DNA from: an uncultured Rikenellaceae bacterium | GTDB taxonomy: Bacteria; Bacteroidota; Bacteroidia; Bacteroidales; VadinHA17 | Assembly: GCA_963802145.1 (NCBI GenBank) | Contig: CAWDHN010000009.1 | Coordinates: 33,936-97,935, forward strand | DNA: 64,000 bases | Reading direction: 5' to 3' | Shown here: piece after piece, positions 57,006 to 64,000 of the stretch | Numbering within the stretch: position 1 is the first letter of the stretch | Layout of the letters: each line of letters begins with the position of its first letter | Notes under the pieces: generated by a model | Databases searched by the model: none | Told to the model about the DNA's origin: nothing | The model's input: only the letters and a program-made list of their open reading frames with translations | Made by a program: the position numbers and the translations under genes

Positions 57006-57050
57006 CAGGAAAGGGATTATGCAACAGGTAAATTTACTAAATGTCCCGTA

Positions 57051-58088
57051 TCAGGCCTCTTTTTCTTTCACTGCCGATGATAAAACCTTCCCGCCCTTTC
57101 TTCCGAAGAGGGAAAAGAGCGAGATGACGCCGAAGAGGGCTATAAGCAGGAACTGAGACTCATGCGTGAGGGTGGCATATGCCAGTCCCTCTTCAAGAGG
57201 AATGGCGTAGCCAACCAGCAGGCCGCGCGATATTATCCAGTGGTAAGCACCCAGTCCGCCCTGTACCGGTGCTGCCATTCCGAAGCTTCCGATAACGAGG
57301 ATGAACATGGCGGCGTCAAGGCCCAGCTCCGAGGTTGAAGAGAGGCAGAGAAGGGGAAAGTATGTCATGAAAAAGTATGCAATCCAGAGTGCGACGGTAA
57401 GCAGGATGAACTCCCACCTCCTCTTAAGCCTGGCAATGGATTTCAGCCCGTCAATAATGCCGTCGGTAAAGGAGTAGATCCTGCTGAAAAAGGGCCTGAC
57501 GGACAGTTTGGGCCTGAGCCTGAACCAGAGCACAATGGCAATGATTACCAGCCCAACAAGAAGGATGGATATGACAATAAATGAATCCATGGATGATGAG
57601 AGCCTCTTTCCGGCCGGAGTAAAGACATTCTCGGAGAGGAAGCTTCCGGCCATGGTGCTGCCGGCAAGGAGCGTAAGCCCCAGCAGCACCAGGACAGTCA
57701 GAATGTCTATTGTGCGTTCGACGAGCATTGTTCCGACAAGCCTGTCAAAAGGAATCTTCTCCTTTGTGCTCAGGGAGGCACACTTGGTCACCTCTCCCAG
57801 CCTCGGGAAGATGATGTTGGCGAAATAGCCGGCAACAACCGAATGATAAGCGTTCACCAGTCGTGGCTTATAGCCAAGCGGTTCTATGAGGAGTATCCAG
57901 CGCCGTGCCCTTATCCAGAAACTAAGTATTGAGACTATGACGGCAGGCAGCAGCCACCAGTAGTCGGCCTTGCGAAGCACGGCCCACAGATCTTTGAAGT
58001 CAATGTCCCTGAAGGAGAGCCATAGCAGAAAAACGGCCAGAGCAAGAAACACTATGGCCTGTACTGTTTGCTTCAGCCCCTTTTTCAA
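57051..58088 (-). CDS. Lysylphosphatidylglycerol-synthase-TM-region (UPF0104) family membrane protein
   Basis: Polytopic; RARRWILLIEPLGY...FPRLGEVTK pattern. Confidence 0.7.
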   Translation of the reverse strand: MKKGLKQTVQAIVFLALAVFLLWLSFRDIDFKDLWAVLRKADYWWLLPAVIVSILSFWIRARRWILLIEPLGYKPRLVNAYHSVVAGYFANIIFPRLGEVTKCASLSTKEKIPFDRLVGTMLVERTIDILTVLVLLGLTLLAGSTMAGSFLSENVFTPAGKRLSSSMDSFIVISILLVGLVIIAIVLWFRLRPKLSVRPFFSRIYSFTDGIIDGLKSIARLKRRWEFILLTVALWIAYFFMTYFPLLCLSSTSELGLDAAMFILVIGSFGMAAPVQGGLGAYHWIISRGLLVGYAIPLEEGLAYATLTHESQFLLIALFGVISLFSLFGRKGGKVLSSAVKEKEA

Positions 58089-58090
58089 TT

Positions 58091-58441
58091 TCAGACAAGT
58101 TTGTTGGTTGCCGTATCGGGTATTATAATATGTGGCCTGATGGTTCCGGCTTCGGCGAATTCGACCATGGCATATGACATGATGATTATCACATCGCCGA
58201 TGGCTGCCCTTCTCGCTGCCGGTCCGTTAAGACAGATCTCTCCCGATCCTCTCCGGCCTTTGATGACATATGTCTCCAGCCTGTCGCCGGTGTTCCTGTT
58301 AAGCACATGAACCTTCTCATACTCAATAAGGTTGGCTGCGTCCATGAGGTCTTCGTCGATGGTGACGCTACCCACGTAATTCAGGTCTGCACCGGTGACG
58401 GATACATTATGTATTTTCGATTTAAGTACTTCTATCATCAT
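58091..58441 (-). CDS. panD: Aspartate 1-decarboxylase
   Basis: [30 protein letters not shown] (the processing site is in GSVT). Confidence 0.93.
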   Translation of the reverse strand: MMIEVLKSKIHNVSVTGADLNYVGSVTIDEDLMDAANLIEYEKVHVLNRNTGDRLETYVIKGRRGSGEICLNGPAARRAAIGDVIIIMSYAMVEFAEAGTIRPHIIIPDTATNKLV

Positions 58442-58494
58442 TTTTCTGCAGGAATGAATCCAATTTGATACTGCAAAGATAAGTATCCTTTTAT

Positions 58495-59352
58495 TCAGCG
58501 CAACCTGATCTCTATATTGTCAATCAATCTGACATCTCCGGCAAAGAGGGCAATGCAGCCGTAGTATGTTTTTTCAGGTGACATCTCTATGGCAGCCCGC
58601 ACTGGGACAAGCGTTTCATCCTCAACTATTTCGAAGTATTCAAGCCTGAAGTCGGGGATCATGTTTATCCTGTCGGCAACGAACTCCTTTATATCAGCCG
58701 TCTCATAGTCTGTTGCCATGGCGGCTGCGGCGACAAGGGTTCTGAATATCTCTCCGGCCCGTTCACGGTGCTGAGGCAACAGGCGCCTGTTGCGGCTGCT
58801 CATCGCCAGTCCGTCATGCTCCCTTACTATGGGACAGGCGATGATCTCTATCCTGGGATATTCACGGCGTGCCAGTTCCTTAATAATGGTGAGCTGCTGG
58901 AAGTCTTTCTGCCCGAAGAAGGCGGAAGCGGGCCTTATGATGTCAAAGAGCCTGGAGACCACCTGTGCCACGCCGTTGAAGTGGCCCGGCCGGTGTACTC
59001 CCTCCATCACCCGCGCGATATCGCCGAAATCGAACTCCCGTGTGTCAGGCTCAGGATAGATCTCCTCAACTGCAGGGGCAAAGACAAAATCGTTTTCCCT
59101 GAGCAGCCCGGAGAGCATCTGCAGGTCAGCCTCAAGGGTCCTTGGATACTTCAGGAGGTCATTCGGGTCGTTGAACTGGGAAGGGTTGACGAAGATGCTC
59201 ACGGCAACCATGCGGCAGCTCTTTATCGCTGCCGCCACCAGTGACATATGGCCTTCATGCAGTGCTCCCATGGTAGGCACAAACCCCGGGAGCCTGAGCA
59301 CGCATATCCTGTAATGCTCCCTGACCTCTTTGGCAGTTGTAAATACCTTCAT
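58495..59352 (-). CDS. panC: Pantoate--beta-alanine ligase
   Basis: [30 protein letters not shown]. Start moved to the Met at 59352. Confidence 0.92.
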   Translation of the reverse strand: MKVFTTAKEVREHYRICVLRLPGFVPTMGALHEGHMSLVAAAIKSCRMVAVSIFVNPSQFNDPNDLLKYPRTLEADLQMLSGLLRENDFVFAPAVEEIYPEPDTREFDFGDIARVMEGVHRPGHFNGVAQVVSRLFDIIRPASAFFGQKDFQQLTIIKELARREYPRIEIIACPIVREHDGLAMSSRNRRLLPQHRERAGEIFRTLVAAAAMATDYETADIKEFVADRINMIPDFRLEYFEIVEDETLVPVRAAIEMSPEKTYYGCIALFAGDVRLIDNIEIRLR

Positions 59353-59479
59353 CGCTCTGACCTTTATTGGCATGCCGGATCAGAAAGAGGAGTCACAGCC
59401 GGTCCGGCAATACAAAATAACACCATTTTGTGAGTAACCCGTCGTGATTTGGCTTGGAAATTAATTGTATTTTTTTTAT

Positions 59480-59487
59480 TATCTTTG
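59480..59487 (+). promoter_or_regulatory. -7 box for the glycogen-synthase-like gene
   Basis: TATCTTTG, 37 nt before the ATG at 59524. Confidence 0.4.
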
Positions 59488-59523
59488 CACTTTGATTTAA
59501 TTAAGGTATATCGGGAGGTTTTA

Positions 59524-60345
59524 ATGGAAAGCAGGAGGGTATTGTTTGTTTCACAGGAGATCATGCCTTATCTTGGTGAGACAAAGCTCTCAAAGATCAG
59601 CCGTGATCTGCCGCAGGGCATACAGGAAAGGGGGAAGGAGATCCGGACATTCATGCCCCGATACGGTTCAATCAATGAGAGAAGGAATCAGCTTCACGAG
59701 GTCATCCGTCTTTCCGGGATGAACCTGATCATTGATGATACCGATCATCCGCTCATCATCAAGGTAGCTTCCATCCAGTCGGCCCGCATGCAGGTTTACT
59801 TTATCGACAATGATGATTACTTTCAGCGCAAGCATACTGTTGCTGATGCTGCAGGCAATGAATATGAGGATAATGACGAGAGGGCCATCTTTTTTGCACG
59901 GGGCGTAATTGAAACGGTGAGGAAACTAAGATGGAGCCCTGACATAGTGCACTGTCACGGCTGGCTCACCGCACTTGTCCCGCTTTACCTCAGGAAACTC
60001 TACTCCGATGATCCGGTGTTCAGTAAACTGAAAACGGTTTATTCTGTCTATAATAACGGTTTTAAAAAGCCGTTGAGTTCTTCAATGTCCGGTAAACTTG
60101 AGGCTGACGGGATTGACAGCGGCGCTCTGAAGGCGATAAAGAGCGGCGTTGATTTCATGAGCCTGACCAGACTGGCAGCCGAGAACTCTGACGGCATTAT
60201 CCTCGGCTGTGAAAAAATAGATGAACAGGTTAAGAAACAGGTCTCCGGCATGGGTAAGCCTCTTCTGGAGTTCCTGAGTGAGGATAATTATATTGATGCT
60301 TACAATGACTTTTATGACAAGCTGCTACTTGAACAAAAAAAATAA
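59524..60345 (+). CDS. Short glycogen/starch-synthase-like protein (catalytic N-domain only)
   Basis: VLFVSQEIMPY...FMPRYG...VHCHGWLTALVP. Start moved to the Met at 59524 after the -7 box at 59480. Confidence 0.75.
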   Translation: MESRRVLFVSQEIMPYLGETKLSKISRDLPQGIQERGKEIRTFMPRYGSINERRNQLHEVIRLSGMNLIIDDTDHPLIIKVASIQSARMQVYFIDNDDYFQRKHTVADAAGNEYEDNDERAIFFARGVIETVRKLRWSPDIVHCHGWLTALVPLYLRKLYSDDPVFSKLKTVYSVYNNGFKKPLSSSMSGKLEADGIDSGALKAIKSGVDFMSLTRLAAENSDGIILGCEKIDEQVKKQVSGMGKPLLEFLSEDNYIDAYNDFYDKLLLEQKK

Positions 60346-61612
60346 GAAACATAACGGTCAACTGACCGGATTACTTAAATCCATATTTTTCCCCTTCACC
60401 CTGCTCACAGTGATGCTGGCGTCGTGCGATCAGGATCCGGTGAATATCGGGGTTGATCTGCTGCCGGAGGATGATTTCATCACTGTATATTCAACTGATA
60501 CCGTGAGCATCAGGGCCTACACCATGTACAATGAGAATTCCCTGTCGTCTGACAGCACCAGGATGATCGCCGGCGGCATTTATGACTCCTACTTCGGTGA
60601 TACTCACTGTGATTTCGTGACACAGCTCAGGCTCATTGACTCACTTCGAAAATCGGCCATCAACATAGATTCGGTGTTCCTGAGATTCATACCCTCGGCA
60701 GTCTCCGGCGACACTGCAACCGTACACTATATAAGGCTTTACGAAACCGGAACAGAGCTCACTGACCCGGATATATTCTATACGGGACAGGACCCTGATA
60801 CTATCAAGTTCCTGGGAGAGTATCCCATGCCGGTCCTGAAAAAAGATTCAGCCTACTCCGTTAGAATTGACAACTCGGTGGGTGAATACCTCTTAAGGGA
60901 TACCTCCATGTTCACGCCCGCATCACAATTCTACAAGGAGTATTTCAAGGGACTCTATTTCGCCGTGAGGAGTGAGACCAATCCAGTGCTGATCACCATG
61001 ACTGCTGATGACAATCCGCTGGCGATAACCGTATATTACCATGCGAACGATACGATAGTCCGCCTTTATAATTTCGTGGCGACCGAACGGGCTGTGAACT
61101 ACAACCGCTTCACGCATGACCGCACCACCGCAGACCCTGCAAAGCAGATAACCCATGTCAATGATCTCTTCCCTGATACAGCAGCCTACCTGCAGACATA
61201 CTACGGTCTCTTTGTAAGGCTTGACCTGCCATCACTGGAAGCATTCAGGGGCACTGAAAGACTGGCGGTCAACAAGGCAAGGATTTACGCACCGGTACTA
61301 ATTGACACCGAGAACTATCTTGAAAAAAACATGCCTCGCCAGATCCTGGTGAGATACCGCGACAGTGAGGGCAATGAACTGCCAATACCCGACCTGGTTC
61401 ACAGTTTAAGCTACATGGACGGTTCCTACTATACTGACAAGGACAGCTATATTTTCAACATCACCTCTTTTGTCCAGCAATACCTTGAAGGAGACATAGA
61501 CAATCCGTCAGTGGAACTCTTCTTCCCGCTGTCAGCCCAGCAGAACGTCATTTTCAAGGCTAACGGGAACAATCCTTCCTTCAGGTTTGAGTTTGCATAC
61601 ACAATATATTGA
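60329..61612 (+). CDS. Lipoprotein, DUF4270-like
   Basis: Position after the short glycogen synthase, as in many Bacteroidota. The lipobox (MLASC) needs an upstream start; the in-frame TTG at 60329 gives a K-rich n-region plus h-region. Confidence 0.55.
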   Translation: MNKKNKKHNGQLTGLLKSIFFPFTLLTVMLASCDQDPVNIGVDLLPEDDFITVYSTDTVSIRAYTMYNENSLSSDSTRMIAGGIYDSYFGDTHCDFVTQLRLIDSLRKSAINIDSVFLRFIPSAVSGDTATVHYIRLYETGTELTDPDIFYTGQDPDTIKFLGEYPMPVLKKDSAYSVRIDNSVGEYLLRDTSMFTPASQFYKEYFKGLYFAVRSETNPVLITMTADDNPLAITVYYHANDTIVRLYNFVATERAVNYNRFTHDRTTADPAKQITHVNDLFPDTAAYLQTYYGLFVRLDLPSLEAFRGTERLAVNKARIYAPVLIDTENYLEKNMPRQILVRYRDSEGNELPIPDLVHSLSYMDGSYYTDKDSYIFNITSFVQQYLEGDIDNPSVELFFPLSAQQNVIFKANGNNPSFRFEFAYTIY

Positions 61613-61636
61613 TTAACTATCAGTTAATAGTTCATT

Positions 61637-63475
61637 ATGTGTGGTATTGTAGGATATATCGGTTCCCGACCTGCCCGAGATATAGTCATTAACGGACTAA
61701 AGAGACTGGAATACAGAGGCTATGACTCTGCTGGCATTGCCATAAGCAACGGTGAGAGGACAGAAATCTTCAAGTGTGCCGGCAGGGTCCGCGATCTTGA
61801 GGAGATGGTTGCCAGCAAGGACTTCGACGGGTCGATTGCGATGGGTCATACACGTTGGGCAACTCACGGGGAACCAAACGAGATAAACGCTCACCCCCAG
61901 GTCTCATCCAGGGGTCATTTCATTGTTGTCCATAACGGCATCATTGAGAACTATTCAAGGATAAAGAAGCATCTTGAGAGTCGCGACGTGAAATTCACGA
62001 GTCAGACTGACACCGAGGTGCTGGCCAATCTCATGGAACACCTCTACCTTGAGGGTGACCTGTCAGCCGAACAGGCTATTATAATGGCGCTGAACAAGGT
62101 GGAAGGGACCTACGGCATTGCGGTCTATTGCCGCGACGAACCGGGCAAGCTCTTTGCTGCCAGGCTGGGCTCGCCGCTGGTCATCGGCGTGGGCGACGGT
62201 GAAAACTTCATCGCATCCGATGCAACACCCATCGTTGAGCATACCCAGCGTGTCATATACCTCAATGACGACGACCTGGCGGTAATAAAGAAGGATGAGA
62301 TGGTGCTCAAGGCCATCAGGAACAAGAGTGTTGAGCCTGAGGTCAAGGAGGTCGACCTGAAGATAGGGGAGATAGACAAGGAGGGTTATCCTCATTTTAT
62401 GCTCAAGGAGATCTTTGAACAGCCTCGTGCCATTCATGATACCTTCAGGGGCAGGGTGCTGCCCAATCAGTCGGGACTGATGCTGGGAGGCCTGCACAAT
62501 GTGTTTGATACCATGGCTTCGGCCGACAGGATACTCATTGTGGCATGCGGCACATCATGGCATGCAGGACTGGTGGGTGAGTACATCATCGAGGAGTATT
62601 GCCGTATACCGGTTGAGGTTGAATATGCCTCCGAGTTCAGGTACCGCAACCCGGTGATCAAGAAGGGCGACATTGTCCTTGCCATAAGCCAGAGCGGCGA
62701 GACCGCCGATACGCTGGCGGCGATACGCCTGGCAAAGGAACGTGGTGCGATGGTGCTGGGCATATGCAATGTTGTTGGATCATCCATATCACGTGAGACC
62801 AATGCCGGCGTCTTTACCCATGCCGGTCCGGAGATAGGCGTCGCCTCAACCAAGGCATTCACCACCCAGGTGGTGACCCTGGCGATGATCTCATTCGAGA
62901 TCGGTTATCGCAAGGGATTGCTTGACGAAGCCCGGTACCGTGAACTCATAACAGAGCTTACAAGCCTGCCGGGTAAGATCGAGACGGCACTGAAGATGAA
63001 TGACCAGGCTCTTGCCCTGGCTAAGATATACAAGGACTCAACGAATGCCCTCTATCTCGGCAGGGGACTGCTCTACCCGGTGGCGATGGAGGGAGCCCTT
63101 AAACTCAAGGAGATATCATATATCCATGCCGAGGGCTATCCGGCTGCCGAAATGAAGCATGGCCCCATAGCCCTGATAGATGAACATATGCCAGTGGTGG
63201 TTGTGGCTACCAAGGAAAACTCCTATGACAAGATAGTAAGCAACATACAGGAGGTCAAGGCACGTAAGGGGAAGGTGATAGCCATTGTAACCGAGGGCGA
63301 CCAGGTGATCAGCCAGATGGCCGATTATGTGATGGAGGTGCCGGATACGATTTCGGTCTTTGCCCCCGTACTGGCTGTGATACCGCTTCAGCTGCTCTCT
63401 TATCATATTGCCGTATTGCGCGGATGCGACGTGGATCAGCCGCGCAACCTGGCAAAATCAGTCACTGTGGAATAA
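61637..63475 (+). CDS. glmS: Glutamine--fructose-6-phosphate aminotransferase
   Basis: MCGIVGY N-terminal nucleophile, two SIS domains, C-terminal ...NLAKSVTVE. Confidence 0.95.
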   Translation: MCGIVGYIGSRPARDIVINGLKRLEYRGYDSAGIAISNGERTEIFKCAGRVRDLEEMVASKDFDGSIAMGHTRWATHGEPNEINAHPQVSSRGHFIVVHNGIIENYSRIKKHLESRDVKFTSQTDTEVLANLMEHLYLEGDLSAEQAIIMALNKVEGTYGIAVYCRDEPGKLFAARLGSPLVIGVGDGENFIASDATPIVEHTQRVIYLNDDDLAVIKKDEMVLKAIRNKSVEPEVKEVDLKIGEIDKEGYPHFMLKEIFEQPRAIHDTFRGRVLPNQSGLMLGGLHNVFDTMASADRILIVACGTSWHAGLVGEYIIEEYCRIPVEVEYASEFRYRNPVIKKGDIVLAISQSGETADTLAAIRLAKERGAMVLGICNVVGSSISRETNAGVFTHAGPEIGVASTKAFTTQVVTLAMISFEIGYRKGLLDEARYRELITELTSLPGKIETALKMNDQALALAKIYKDSTNALYLGRGLLYPVAMEGALKLKEISYIHAEGYPAAEMKHGPIALIDEHMPVVVVATKENSYDKIVSNIQEVKARKGKVIAIVTEGDQVISQMADYVMEVPDTISVFAPVLAVIPLQLLSYHIAVLRGCDVDQPRNLAKSVTVE

Positions 63476-63491
63476 TAAGAACCTGAGAAAT

Positions 63492-64000
63492 ATGGCTGAC
63501 GGTTACAGAAGTCTGAGTATAGGAGAGATCCGCGGCCTTGAGGCTGCAGGTTGCCGGAGCAATTCATGGGAAAGTGTCTTCGTCAAGGACCCTTTCAATG
63601 CCGAGAGGATACAGAATGTCACATTTTCAGGAATTGTCAGGCTGGGCCACTTCAACGGGGTGGCGCGCGAGAGATGCGGTCTGCCTCTGCTTCACGGGAT
63701 AAAGAATGCGCACATCCATAATTGCACCATAGCTGACAATGTCACAATAACTGACATAACGGGCTTCATTGCCAACTATGACATCGGCGAGGGTGTCGTT
63801 ATAAGGAACTGCGGCCACATCTCAACGGAAGGCCGCACCTCATTCGGCAACGGCACCCGCGTGGCTGTCCTCAATGAGACCGGTGGCAGGGAGGTGCCCA
63901 TATGGGATCGCCTGTCATCGCACATGGCCTATATCATCACCCTCTACAGGCACAGGCCTGCAGCCATTGAGGTGATAGAGAAGATGATTGCCGACTATAC
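63492..64000 (+). CDS. DUF4954-like protein (3' end runs off the window)
   Basis: Open frame from the ATG at 63492 to the window end (MADGYRSLSIGEIRGLEAAGC...). Not in the ORF track because no stop is reached. Position after glmS is typical. Confidence 0.55.
   Translation, partial: MADGYRSLSIGEIRGLEAAGCRSNSWESVFVKDPFNAERIQNVTFSGIVRLGHFNGVARERCGLPLLHGIKNAHIHNCTIADNVTITDITGFIANYDIGEGVVIRNCGHISTEGRTSFGNGTRVAVLNETGGREVPIWDRLSSHMAYIITLYRHRPAAIEVIEKMIADY

Overview
This window reads as a chromosomal segment of a fairly GC-rich Bacteroidota bacterium. The evidence is a topA / PorP-SprF / gldK-gldL-gldM-gldN type IX secretion and gliding block, a gldA-like gene, TAnnTTTG -7 promoter boxes just upstream of many starts, and several 4-bp start/stop overlaps. 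I call about 50 protein genes. Most are housekeeping: cysS, ispG, rnr, metH-metF with a convergent metK, asnS, rpoN, rbfA, trpS, topA, a PBP1A-type gene, radA, panD-panC, glmS, Mla-like and LolE-like ABC parts, and a TonB-dependent receptor. I recognised no rRNA, tRNA, CRISPR array, transposase or integrase. All calls rest on motif and family recognition by eye; no searches were run.

The most interesting content:
- **RiPP-style toolkit.** A PqqD-like protein is translationally coupled to an HPr-kinase-like / S26-type peptidase fusion at 8810-10677. An ABC exporter and a PF14907-like nucleotidyltransferase sit at 2-3050, separated from the pair by cysS-ispG-rnr. No precursor or cyclase is visible in the window.
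- **In-frame tandem duplications inside conserved enzymes.** These occur in the ABC ATPase domain, the nucleotidyltransferase N-terminus, IspG and a glycosyltransferase.
- **Short-period intergenic repeat arrays.** Several have 7-8 bp periods, notably a heptamer array with an inverted arm filling the gldA upstream region. There is also a 35-bp tandem array and a 14-bp iteron-like array with a palindrome.
- **Smaller items.** An orphan intrinsic terminator lies upstream of cysS, a structured leader with a coupled uORF lies before the mannose-1-phosphate guanylyltransferase gene, an AT-richer two-to-three-gene islet lies between metK and gldA, and an arginase-fold gene with degenerate metal-site motifs sits inside the T9SS locus.
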